From NCBI RefSeq assembly GCF_009834535.1, contig NC_045707.1:62932001-62996000 (forward strand): a stretch of 64,000 nucleotides of DNA, given 5' to 3'. Positions within the stretch are counted from its first letter, which is position 1, and each line of letters begins with the position of its first letter. The DNA comes from Camelus ferus (taxonomy: Eukaryota). The notes under the pieces are model-generated. The model was not told where the DNA came from and ran no database searches. It saw only the letters and a list, made by a program, of their open reading frames with translations. Position numbers and translations under genes: made by a program. Shown one piece after another: positions 11,721-23,670 of this stretch.

Positions 11721-13298
11721 TTGCTTCAGGAAGAGATCCTTTCTGAAAGTACTTTTGCCTTTAGTCATTTAATTTATCTTCTGAACAGAGGAATCTTGTT
11801 GGGTTAAATTATAGCAGATAGCTACTTTTTTTCAACTTGATTTCAAGTTAAATAGCTATCCAATTCAAGACCAAACACTATTTTATTAATAGTTGCTTGT
11901 CATACCTGACCTTCTAAAATGACAGATTTTTGGTTTTCCAAATAAATATTAAAAATTCACGAAAGTGTTTTTGTAAGTAGCTTATTACCTATAAAGGTAT
12001 AGCCCTTTAAGACGTCCTTTAGTATAAAATATGTATAACTGCCTTATAGATTATTAATAAGCTCCCAGATTGTTCAGCACACTAGATACGTTTAAAAAAA
12101 AACAAATTAGAATTCTGATCCTAAGTTTTGTTTCAAGTCTATTGGGAGAATTACTTTTTAAATCATTCATTTCTAAATGGTGATTTGCATATACATTCAT
12201 GTTTTCCATTATTAATATCAAATTAGATCAGGAAAAATTATTTCATACCAAATGAAAAAAAAATAAATGCATTTGTAATCAAGAGAACAATCTTAACTTA
12301 GTTCAGTGATTCAGATCAATGATGGTAAATATATCACGATTAGCTAGACTATAGTGTGATGCAAATACAAAAACCCACCTTCTGCACATGAATTTGTATT
12401 TATTCACTGGTCATTTTTTCCATCAATGAAAGAAGAATGTGAACTGTGGCATCCATGACCCAGATAAAAAATCAAGATGTTAGAACAGTTCCTTGGTGAC
12501 TGGAGAAACATTAATGGAAGGATAAAAAAAAAATTCTAAAAGTATGAGAGTGAATATCTATCTGAAAACATTTGATCAGAACTTGTTTAAAAACCTTCAA
12601 GATGAACCACAGAGAAAAGTTTTTATATAATAGCTTTCTTTCTTGCAATCAGTCCATTCATTCTACAAATATTTATTGAACACAGAAGTTGTGCCAGGCA
12701 CTTTTCCCAATGCTGAGGATACAGCAATGAACAAAATTCCCTGTCTTCATGGAGTTCATATCCTGTTGGAAAGAGAGGCAAAATGTTATAAGTCAGATGA
12801 GGATAAGTGCTGAGAAGGAAAAAAAATCAAAGTAAGAAAAAGAGATTGGGACTGAGCAAGGGTGCTGTTTTAGGTACAGATGGCCAGAGAAAGACTCTCT
12901 CAATAGGTGGCATTTTGAAGGAGTGAACCATTACAGACATCCAGAGACAAACATTCTAAGAAAAGAGAGCGGCAAGTGCAAAGGCCCTGGAAGGGAGTAA
13001 GCTCATCCTATTGGCAAGACATCAGGAGGACCATGTCATTGGAGCAGGGTGAGTAAAAGAGAGAGTGGTACGGATGATTTCAGGGAGATAACTCCATCAG
13101 ATCGCGGAGGGCCTGGAACCACCCTCAAGACTCGTGATTTTACTCTGAGTGAGTTGGAAAGCACGGAGGGAGAGTGATGTAAATCTGACTTGTATTTTAA
13201 GAGATGAGCCAAGCTGTTGTATGGAGAATAGTCTGCAGGGGGCAAGAGAAAAGCAGCGATTGGTGGGATGCAATAATCCAGGCAAGAGGTGATGCTGC

Positions 13299-13317
13299 TG
13301 GCCCGCAGGGGGCGCCG
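13299..13317 (+). promoter_or_regulatory. Candidate CTCF binding site
   Basis: tggcccgcagggggcgccg versus core consensus TGGCCACCAGGGGGCGCTA (15/19 identical; AGGGGGCGC intact); motif only, no binding data. Confidence 0.55.
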
Positions 13318-13391
13318 TGGTGTTATAGGGGTGGTGGGGGTCTGACATATTTGGCAGGTAAACAAGTTTTGCTGTTGGTAGCAATTTGCTA

Positions 13392-13882
13392 CGTGAAAGG
13401 CAGAATAATGGCCCCCCAAAGCATCCACGTCTAATCCCCATAACCTGGGACTGTTACATTACAAAGCCAAGAGGAATTAAGGTCACTAATGAGCTGATGT
13501 TAAAATAGGGAGATTAACTCAGACTAGCCCAATGTAACCATAAAGATTCTTAGAAATGAAGGAGGGAGGTAGAAGCGTGAGTCCAAGGAAGATGTGACCT
13601 TTGAGGAGAGGCACAGAGAGATGCAACATTGTTGGCTTTAAAGACAGAAAAAGGGGGCCACATGCCCAGGGAAGGAGCAGCCTCTAAAAGCTGGAAAGGA
13701 CCAGGAAACGTATTTTCCTCTCGAGGTTCCAGAAAGGTTTGCAGTCTTGTCCAATCTGGATGAACCTACATCCAGTCAGACTCATGTCAGACTTCAAACC
13801 AACAGAACAGTACCATCACGAATGTGTTGCTTTTAAGCAAGTTTGTACTGATGTGTTGCAACAGCAATAAAAAATTAATACA
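13392..13882 (+). mobile_element. MaLR solo LTR (MLT1D/E-type)
   Basis: aggcagaataatggccccccaaagcatccacgtctaatcccc...gcagcctctaaaagctggaaagg...acagcaataaaaaattaataca. Confidence 0.9.
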
Positions 13883-15784
13883 GTTTGGTATGAGGTATTA
13901 GAGAAAGAGACAAGTCAAGGGTCACTAGAGGTTTAATGTAATTTGAATTTTATAACTTTGGCTAATAACGTGTTGGTTCATTATTTGCATAATTAAATAT
14001 GGTTTTTATAGCTTTTGAAAATCTAAGTATGTTTACAAATGAAGACTTCTAATTCAGATGTGGGTGCCTATCAGTGACCTGATCTGTCCTATTTCATTTT
14101 TCATTTTCAGAATATAAACACAAACTTTTATTGGATTTAATCGTTTAACACGAAGCACTGAAATGTGATTGCAAAGCACTGAATATATTTTTTAAATTAA
14201 CATAGTCATACTTAAAACAGGCGTCCTTCTATATTGTCAGCTTACAAAGCTAAACTCTAATAGCAGTTTGGTGCTGTGTCAAGACAGGTTTGAAGCCCTT
14301 TCTCTAGCATTGCCCCAGAGTCTGTTTACAAATCCTGCAAGCAAAGCCTATTATGAATTTACAAAACCACACCCATTTTTCTTCTGAAAATCAGCTAACT
14401 AAATGTATCGCTCAGTTAACTTTATTTATTATTCATATCCTCCCTATCACAGGAAAACCAGTCGAGGTGGGATCACTCCCCTCCTTCATTCCCTCACAGG
14501 TATTTATATTCTTCCCGACCTACAGGAAAATCATTTTCATCTGAGAGGCCATAACACAAGCTGTGTTATTCCCTTAGCAATAAGTTCCAAGTCAACCAGT
14601 CAATTCAGGAAGCCAGGTATTCACCCAATTTGGGGCACCCCAGAAAGACAAAAATTTGTCATTCCTAGAGATCTGAGCATATGTCAGAGAAGCTGTCGAT
14701 ATTTGAAGGATGAGGCAGGATCAAGCCCTGGGAAAAACCAATAAGGACAAGATAAGGACAAGATCAAAAACAGGGCGTAGGTTTAAGTCAGAGATGTAGT
14801 TTACATTGAAGCTTTGATCCTAGAGGGAGGAATCGGTGAAGCAGAATGAATCAGCTCGAAGTATGGAAAGTACCAGTCCTGTGGATTTATAACGGGGACC
14901 ACCGTGGTGCTAAACTTAGGGACCAGTTGAGCATCTGGGGCTGAAACCTGACACACTTTGTCCACTGTTTTGTTGGCAGCTAAGGAAACGCGGGGCAATG
15001 AGCTACACAGAGAACAGACGACTCTAGAATCTCAAATTCAGGATACTGACTTGATCCAAAGCCAGTCACACTGGGTGGAGGGGGCAGAGGAGTTAAGGAA
15101 AAGCCGCGATTGTGTTTGTTGCTGCGTTTGTGATTGACTCAAAAATCACATGCCTGCGTGGAGCTGGGTAGGAAAAATCGAGGGTATAAAGACATGATAA
15201 AGAGTCAAGTAGAAAAGCGCTGGTTGTGTTAAAGTAGTGGCATTAAAGGAAGCTTAATGCTAGAAGATGAAAGGAGTAGAGAGTTTAAAGGCAAAACGTG
15301 TGAATTCCCGAGGGCTCCCTACTTTTTCCCTTCTATGCAAAACTGGAGCCTTTACCATCTGTCTCACTCCGATAGGAGCTCTTCTTTTTTTTTTTTTTTA
15401 TTGTGTACCTGTCCACCGTAGTGCTTCTCCATTATTCAGGGCGCTCAGAGCAGGAGTTAACTTTCTAAACTTGCTAAATGACTCTCCTGATACCTTCCAA
15501 AAATGTGCAACCTGACAATACGTAAAAGCGTCTCTGTTTCTGATGTGCAGCAGGCCTTGCCTTGGAGGCTACTCACTTGCCCTAGAACCGGTCACATCTA
15601 AAAGAGGAGCTTCATCTCAAAAAATTGAGAAAATTTCCAGAATATCTTAAGCAGTTCCTCCGACACTAGGTACCAGTGCTGCAGACTTCCTGTAACCGCT
15701 GCTCTTAGCAACCAGTACAAACAGATGCTGCCACCCAGGGCGGGGACCAGGAGGAGGAGACAGTCACCGGCCTTGGGCATGTCT

Positions 15785-15990
15785 ACCTATGTCTTTTGTA
15801 TTGCATTAGATATTATAAGTCATCTAGAGATGACTTAAAAGTATAACTTAAAGTTTATGGGAGGCTGTGTGCGGGTTATATGCAAATACTATGCCATTTT
15901 ACACAAGGGACTTGAGCATCCTTGGATTTTGGTTTGGGGAGTGGGCGGGTCACGGACTCAATCCCCTGGGGACATGGAGGGATGACTGTA
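15785..15990 (+). mobile_element. MER2 (TcMar-Tigger) 3' half
   Basis: gtattgcattagatattataagtcatctagagatga...ggttatatgcaaatactatgccattttac...gagggatgactg followed by TA. Confidence 0.85.
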
Positions 15991-16095
15991 ATGATAGCAC
16001 CTACCTCATTGAACTGCTATAAGGATTAAATGAGTCACGTCATGTTCTTCAACAGTGCTTTCATGTGGTAAGTGCTTAGGACACATTTAGGAATA
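15991..16095 (+). mobile_element. MIR 3' half (host of the MER2)
   Basis: atagcacctacctcat...aaggattaaatgag...tggtaagtgct. Confidence 0.75.
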
Positions 16096-16209
16096 ACACA
16101 ACAAAACACAACCTGTCCCTGGCCTTCCAAGGCTGCCAAAACTGACTTGGGGTGGGAGATGAAATTGAAGAGGGCACCAAATAATTCAGTAATCAAGATA
16201 AATAATACC

Positions 16210-16300
16210 AAGTGCCATATATTTTAAAATCTAAATGAATATAAAAATTGCATTGAGCAAAATATCAAATTGATGCACAAAATATCAAAATTTTAAATTT
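16210..16300. mobile_element. Possible hAT DNA-transposon remnant
   Basis: tgatgcacaaaatatcaaaattttaaat resembles a motif of old hAT elements; short and AT-rich. Confidence 0.3.
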
Positions 16301-16687
16301 AATTTTAAATTTTAATACACTAATCCTTTTTTGGCTTCTCTGATAAAAGAATATTTGGCCTAAGAATTGAGAATGTACTCTAAATTATGTATGCACTAAT
16401 ATATTCTGTAATAAAAACATGGGGTTTAACTTATTGCTTATTCTCCATATAAATATGAGAATGTTAACTGCTAAATTTTCCTTCCAATGAAGCTATGAAA
16501 TCAGTTGTTAATTAAAAAGCCACTTAATGCCTGATAACTTTTATTTCATTTAACTCTCATTTTTGCTTATCTTTCAGTTTTCACTTATCTATAAAAAGCA
16601 TTTTGAATATTTATACAGGATGTTTCATCACCAAATTATCACCAAGTTTCCGTGTATGTGTTTCTCAAGATACACTAGATCTAGAGC

Positions 16688-17312
16688 TGATGCAGGAAAA
16701 CAGATGTGGGGTGTGAGAAGGGCCGTGTCCCAGGCTTCGGATGAGCCCCTGGGATGTGCCCTGCCAAGTGTGGGTCCTTGGCTTCGTGCAGGAAAGAATT
16801 CAAGAGAGAGCCACAGGTGAGTGAAGGTAGATTTATTTAGAGAGATACATTGAAAGGCAAGAGGAAGGCCATGAGGTGCAGGGATTGGGTGCTCAGATTA
16901 CAAGTAGGTACACACTCCATAGACAGAATGTGGGCCGTCTCCAAAGAGGGAGAGAGAGGCGGCAGCCTCGAGGCGCCATGTTGCCGGTTTTTATGGGCTT
17001 GGTGGCTTCGTATACTAATAGGTGGAAGGACCAGTCTAAGTAGCCTGGGGAAGGGGCTGGGATTCCCAGGAAGTTGGCCATTTCCCACTCTGACCTTTAT
17101 GGCTAGCCTGGGGACTGCCATGGTGCCTGTGGGCGTGTAATTCACCATGCTTATATTACAATGGGCGTATAATGAAGCACAAAATGTGCTAGAAGTCAAA
17201 TCCCCCATCATCTTGAGCCTCAAGGCCTACTGGGGGTTGAATCTTTCACCATTTTGATGTTAATTGCTGTAGCATTCCTTGAATGGCTGTGCCCTGCCCC
17301 CTTCCTGTCTCA
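16688..17312 (-). mobile_element. Young ERV (ERV1-like) solo LTR, 625 bp
   Basis: TG...CA termini; 4-bp flanks gagc/gaac; minus-strand AATAAA (tttatt 16832-16837) and TATA-like element (tttttat 16988-16994); GC-rich with retained CpGs against AT-rich flanks. Confidence 0.85.
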
Positions 17313-17939
17313 GAACTGTATGAATTTTTTAAAGAAAGCTCTAAAGATAAAAACAATTTTTATGCATCAATGAAAATGGTATATAACTCAGCCATTAGAC
17401 ATTCACCACCTCCATGTAACCCGTCTGCGTCTACCTGAATCCAAATTTGACTCCAAAATCAACCCTAACCCCAGATTTCTGAAGGAAGCCAAACACAAAG
17501 CATGTAGCTTTCTGAATATTGGTTGGATTATGTGATGAGTGACTGAATTTTGATTGGATAACGTCATGGTCCCTGCCCAGTGCACACCATGTCCAACCAT
17601 GAGGCTGCCCCAGATGCAAAGCCTTTCCTCCCAGCCCCAGCCAGCACAGCACAGCTCCCCCTTGGCGGTCTCTGCTCTAGGAGGGAACTCAGCTCCTCCT
17701 CTCTTTCCTCTCCCATCCTTCCAAAGAAAGCTCAGCTCCGGTATGAGTTGCCTTCTATTGCCTCGTTGACTGATAAAGTATGTTTTTAACAAAGCAGATC
17801 CCTTTTCTCACAAGAATTTTGATGTCTGCTACTAAAAAGAAGTTTCACTAGTTGCTATATATTCCTAAAACACTTGACTTTCAGACCATTCCTCATAGGG
17901 GAGGCCCCTCTCCTCCAGGAACTGTGAATGTACAACAAT

Positions 17940-18537
17940 TACCTGGGGTCCTAGGTCTACCCCACTCTTCTCTTCTGCCTCTCCGTGAATCTGTATTTGT
18001 GTTTGAAGAATGTCTCCCTGGCTCCCCAGTCACCGGACCGCATGCAAGGTTTCTCTCTGTCTGCCTGGGACACATCTCTCAACCCAGGCAAACTGTTCCC
18101 TTTGCCTCTATTCCCTTCCCCGGTGTCAGCTTCTATCTCCAGCGGGTCTTGCCTAGGAAGCTTCCAGAAAAGAAGCCACGTCAGCAGCCTGGGTCCTTTA
18201 CCTTCCTTCCTCCCCTCTCAGGACAAAGGCTCATCGCTGTGCACGCACTCTGTCCCTCTCGGCAGCCTACTCCAGGGGGTCTCTTACTGAGATGGTCTCT
18301 TTCAGGTGCTAAAATTGCTCATCCCTCCAGCCCATCTCTCAGGTTCCAACATTCACCTCTGAAACACAAAGCAAGGCTTCTCCTTTGGGCTGCACCCTCT
18401 CTCAACAGTCTCACTCCTGTTTCAGCCCTCGTCTTTTCTCCTTTACTTACGTTTAGGAATCGCTTTATGTTCTCTCTGAATCTACCCTCAAATCCAGCCT
18501 GGGACCCCTAGGTGCTAAGGCCTGGGTGAATGGATTA
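17940..18537 (+). mobile_element. Highly decayed L2 3' portion
   Basis: CT-rich tract ending cagcctgggacccctaggtgctaaggcctgggtgaatggat, resembling the L2 tail. Confidence 0.4.
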
Positions 18538-19123
18538 CAACCGCTCACTTTGTGCTCATCTTAGCCGGTTGTGCCACCTGGGAGCTAGTCCCTGGCACAG
18601 TCCCCGAGGAGACCCTCGAGTATCCTTGGAGGCACCTCCCTGCCAGGGGTGGACGACCTGCCTGCTCCCACTCCTGAGACTCCGCTCGTCCGTGATGACA
18701 CGCAGAGCGTAACCGTGCGGACATCAGCGTCAGCTCCCTCAACCGCAGGACAACCCCGCTAGCCCAGCTTTGTTTCCTTAGGAGTGTTGCCTCTCCATTT
18801 CCTCTCTCTAGTTTAATTTTACCAGCAGTGAGAAATTAAAGGATACAGACTTTGCAGGAGCCTGTGAGTCTGTTGACTGTAAATAGTAGCTACAGCAACG
18901 TGCTCTTGCTGGGCATCACCTTGCACCCTGCGCTCCGTGGCAGCTCTGTGCCCCAAGTCTTGACACACACGTTAAGGTGCTTCCTGTGTGCACAAACTTG
19001 ACTTGATCTAAGTCTTAGCATCTGCCTGCATTATTGAGTAACTTTTTTGATGAGTGTCAATTGTTCCGCCGTAGAAAAGAAGACATTTGTGGTTAACAGA
19101 TGCTTTTGAAAGCATTGATAATT

Positions 19124-19257
19124 CTTTTTTTTTTTTTTCTTTTGGGAGGAGGTAATTTGGTTTATTTATCTATTTTTAGAGGAGGAGCTGGGGATTGAAC
19201 CCAGGACCTTGTGCATGCTAAGCATGCACTCTGCCACTTGAGCTATACCCTTCCCCC
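19124..19257 (-). mobile_element. tRNA-Ala-derived SINE (camelid Vic-1 type), full length
   Basis: Reverse strand reads gggggaagggtatagctcaagtggcagagtgcatgcttagcatgcacaaggtcctgggttcaatccccag (A box, AGC anticodon arm, B box) + AT-rich body + poly(A); 18-bp TSD ttgaaagcattgataatt (19106-19123) / ttgaaagcatttataatt (19258-19275). Confidence 0.9.
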
Positions 19258-20269
19258 TTGAAAGCATTTATAATTTTTAATGCCAGACTCTACACTTTTT
19301 CTCTTGCTCTCTGTTGCATCTATACCTCAGAGCTTTCACACGCCACTGACATTTCACTGGTGCGTTCCAACCACAATGCAAAATCTTCCTCTGAAGTTTC
19401 TGGCATCGGACTCCTCTCCTCCACACTCCCACCCAAGTGTCTAGACCCTGAATGGGATAGTGCCCAACCAAGAGCTAGAATAATGGCCCAGAGATGGTTT
19501 CCCATAGCAGTCCAGGCACAGCTAATAAAGCTCACTGGCTCTCTTAAGTAGCCCATGCAGGTGTGCAGAACAGCCCCTGTCTCCTGCCCTGGTGCATTCC
19601 AGTTTTCTGAAAAATGATGCTAAGTTCAGTTTAAACACAAATGTACAGCTGGATCCTTCATGAAGGAGTGTTTTTTTTTTTCATCTATTCTAATAATTTT
19701 TAAATTTTATCTATTCTAATAATCTTTTCTATATTTTATAATTCTAATAACACAATGCTGGGCGTGTGAGGCTCTCCAGGTGAAACATTCAATATGCAAT
19801 CATGCACCGTTCCAGCGTCCTTTCCAAGACATCCCCTCTGACTTTCAGTTTTTCTACCAAAGACCAGCACTGTTTCTAGTAAATCAATCTCTACTTCCTG
19901 CACCATTAGCCATATCGGGAGCAGGTGCTAGAGGCTCTATTAAGAGTGACATTTTAATCTGATAGGTTTCTAGATGCTCTCCGTAGATAAAGTATCTCAG
20001 AAAATTCTCCAAGGCCCAGGTGTCAGACAGACACCTTACCGGTACAGGTTATCCATTTCTTTCCCAAACTAACCCTGATTTAAAACCCAGCTAGTTCTTC
20101 ACTTTCCAGAGAATATCCAATCACATCACACTTACTGAGGTTTTTTTTTTTAGCCGTACTCAAGTTTTGCAGAGGCACGTCATTTATCTTAATTTTATTC
20201 CTTAGCTCAGTTCGCTAAATCTCTTCCTTAACTTTAATCTTACCAACATGCAGATGCTGAGAAGGCAGT

Positions 20270-21845
20270 TTGCCACACGTGCCTAAAATCTGGCGAGGCT
20301 GCTTGAACTGGAGATAGACGTATGGAGTTCTGTTCTGAGAGCTTATAGAGTAGAGAAAAATTTGCATTGTGAGCTCTGGAACATTCAAGTTAGGGAGGTA
20401 AGGAGGAACCTACAAAAACAACAAGGAAGGAACAGTCAGTAAGGAGAAGGGAGGAGCATGGAGGAGCCAAGGAGAGAGAATGTGTAAAGGGTACTGTGCT
20501 AAATGATGGCATAGGTCACACAAGGGGAAGAATGAAGACAGACCTTTGCATTTGGCAACAGGAAGGCGTATCACTGGTTATCTTGACGAGAACCACTTTC
20601 ATAGAGAGGAGCGAAGAAGGCCTAGTCGGGCCAACTTCAAGAGAGAAGAAGAGGGAGGCTGGAGGCTGTGAGTATAGACAACACTTTTGAAGAGTTTTGC
20701 TAGAGGGGATTAAAGCCAGCAGAATAAGTAGGATCCACAGAAGATTTTTTTCTTAATTGGGGGAAAATAGCACGGCTCGTACGCTCATGGGGAGAAAATA
20801 AGAAGATACAGGAGAAAGATGTTCTAAAATATCAATCTTCAGAAGGCAAGAGGGCACGGGTGACTGCCCCAGGAACAAAGCCGACCTTTGCTAGGAGAGG
20901 AGACTGTTCATTCACAGTAATAAGAAAAAGGGCCCAGTATATGGGCCTGGATGCCATGTGAGTGAATCCGGTGATGGGTTCCAGTGGTAATTCTCTTCTG
21001 ATAGCTTCTTCATTGTCAGTAGGATAGGAAGCAAGATCATGGGCTGAGTGAATGTGAGGGTAGGTGGTTGGACTTTTAAGAAGAAAAGTAAAGGCGTGAA
21101 ATAATCATCCAAGAGAGCAGGAGGGTTAATGGACTGGGACTCTGTAAGTAGTCTGATGGCCAGACAATGTTAAAGGCTCACTTGAGATCAGTAGTCATGA
21201 ATTTAAAGTGAGATGACTATGGAGGCATCTAGCTCTGTTCAGTTGTGTGGATTCAGGCGTACATTAAGAGGAGAATTCAATTTAATTAGGGCTGTAGTTT
21301 GCCAAAAAAAAAAAAAAAAGTGTAACAAAATGAGAAAGGAACAAAAAATTTGGATCCTTATGCAATAGAGTTACAGTAATGACCAGTGAGGAAATTTAAA
21401 CAAGTTAAAGAAAGGAGTGAAGACACAAGGCAGGTAAGAGAAAGTATAAAGTGATAGGCTCAATGGATTAAAGGCCCTGGGGTGTATTGTTGTTTCTGGA
21501 TTTGGCATACAAAATAGAAATGAGCTAGACCAAAAAAAAAAAAAAAAAAATGGTGGGGGAGTGTCTATTGTGGGAGAGAGAGAAAGAGTGAGGCTTGAAA
21601 TTGAGATTAAGAACAGGGTGTAGTTTTTGGTAATAACAAGGTCTAAATTATAACATTGGGAAAGATGGGCAAGAGACAGTACAGGACAAGGTCACTGAAG
21701 AAAGGATCATCAAGGAACTAAAGAAGTAGCCATGTCATTATAGAACCATCTATATAGATATTGAAATTACCAAGAATTATGAGTCATGTAGGAGAGAACG
21801 TGTTTGCCAGGAGAAAAATTGTTCAAGGCATCAGAAGAGATAACT
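20270..21845 (-). mobile_element. L2 LINE internal (ORF2-derived) fragment
   Basis: Purine-rich plus strand with gcatttggcaacaggaagg...cttgacgagaacc, tagacaacacttttgaagagttttgc, atattgaaattaccaag, typical of reverse L2. Confidence 0.75.
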
Positions 21846-21980
21846 TAAACATTTTCAGGAAACCATTCTTTCTCTCTGGCATCTGCTAACAAAACTGGAT
21901 GATGTTTCTCATCATTTTAGATATAATGACAAGAGGCAACAGGTAAACTCATTCAGAGCAGGATGAATTCAATATTATTA

Positions 21981-22520
21981 CTGTTGGCTCTCTAGCCAAC
22001 ATTCGTTTGTCCCTTTCTCCTTCCTACGGGAACCCCGATTTTGTTCTGGTGTCCACACCTTGTTATTGAAACCCTGTGCCAAAAGGACTGTTAACGTTAG
22101 CTCTCATCTTCAGATGATGCCTGAGTATATTAAGGATAATTGCATCGCCCTTACCACTAAGTTGGTTAAGGAATGACATGTGACCTGATTTGTGCCAATG
22201 AAATTCAAAGGTTTCCCCAGAGCTTCAGATTAAGTTCCTCCTAGAATTCTGCCCTCCTCTCCAGAAGAACTTTCAGAAACAACACTATCTTTCATCTTCC
22301 AATTGTTATCATGTATGGATGTGAATCCTTGTGCTTCTCTTGCTATCACTCTGAGAATAAAGCAAAACAAGGAAAGGGAAGAAGTGAAACAAAGCACAGG
22401 TTGATTGTACTACACCTGAATCAGTCCTACCTCAGGACTTCTGCTTATATGAATCAATCTGTGTCCTTATTGCTTGAGGATAATCCCTTTTGATGGGAGT
22501 TTTCTTTCATTTGGATAAAA
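21981..22520 (+). mobile_element. Old MaLR LTR (MLT1K/L-type)
   Basis: cttcctacgggaaccccgattttgttctgg; ttggttaaggaatgacatgtgacctgatttgtgccaatgaaa; cctacctcaggacttctg. Confidence 0.65.
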
Positions 22521-23439
22521 TAAGATACTCAATTTATGCAAAGAAAGATTACAAAATGTTGGCAAATCTTTTTTTATTAAAGGCATAGAACTATAAATGA
22601 AAGCATTGAGAAATCACACCATTATGGAGTAAGCCAGATTTTTTATGGATATAAAATTATACCATCATCATAATTCTCCAGACTACTCACAAGGTGTCAT
22701 ATGTACCTTATTTTAGGGAAGTAAAGAGACTTTTTTAAATAAATTAAATGGAGAACATCTCATTGCCCAAGACATGAAAAAATAATAAGTGAGAAAACAT
22801 TTTGAACTGCTTGTAATGGGAATCAATTGATTGGGAGCATGAGGGTAATTAGAAGTTAGTAATGTGATCAAAAATGTGTCAGAGACTATAAAACAGTTTC
22901 AGGTATATGTAATATTCTCACACAAAAGAAAGTGGTTCTAATAATAAGAGAAATGATTACTATTTTTAAATGGCTAAAACCTGTTCCTTTAAAAAAATTA
23001 AAAATCAATTGAAAATAGACTTTTGACCATGTAATTCTCAAAGTATCATGAAAAACTGAAGACATAGTGTTCTGATATAAGCCTATGATGGTTATGATTT
23101 TGCCATTATACCTAAGAGACCATTCAAATAAGGTAGAAAAAAAAGCCGTATTGAGTAGGAAACAAAACATAACAATAGAACTTAAGTACACATGCTCAAT
23201 TAAGATGTATAAAAAGGGAAAATAGCTCTTGGGAAATAAAACAGATTTTTTTTTTGTATAATTAAGGAAACATGTAGATTATTGGATTACTGTTATCAGT
23301 TATTTCTTGTAAATGCAGTGAGATTAAACATCCCTACATATCACCATGAGATGGGCAGCGTCCCTCCCTACAGATGTCAGGTATGCCGATCAATTATTAA
23401 AAGGTGAAGTTTATGGTAGAAGTTTTAGGAATCATCGCT

Positions 23440-23670
23440 ATGTTTTACGTCTTTTTTCTTTTGCTCTGGCACAAGGACAGCACAAATAATAACTCCCCCA
23501 AAGGGGCTTACTCTTCAGTCTGGATCCTAGAATGAAGACAGGGTGTAGAATAAAGTCAAAGATAACCCAAAGTAGACACGTGAGTGAGAAATAAGCCTTT
23601 GCTGTAAGCCAGAGAGCTTTGTGGTTACTTGTTACTGCAGCATAACCTTGTACACACTGACTACATTCAA
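23440..23670 (+). mobile_element. Old MaLR LTR 3' part (MLT1J/K-type)
   Basis: gtgagtgagaaataagcctttgctgtaagcca...ttgttactgcagcataacct...ctgactaca. Confidence 0.7.

Larger units (their letters stand above)
12645..13935 (-). mobile_element. L2 LINE 3' portion, interrupted by MLT1D at 13392-13882
   Basis: cattcattctacaaatatttattgaaca...gtgccaggcact...gatacagcaatgaacaa (reverse L2 tail); aagtgcaaaggccctgg; resumes after the LTR. Confidence 0.9.

Noticed and set aside
17852..18511. Longest ORF (219 aa)
   Set aside because: TTG start, Pro/Ser/Leu bias from a CT-rich decayed L2-like tract, no recognisable domain
19180..19257. tRNA-Ala gene
   Set aside because: tRNA-like head is followed by a SINE body, poly(A) and TSD, so it is a SINE
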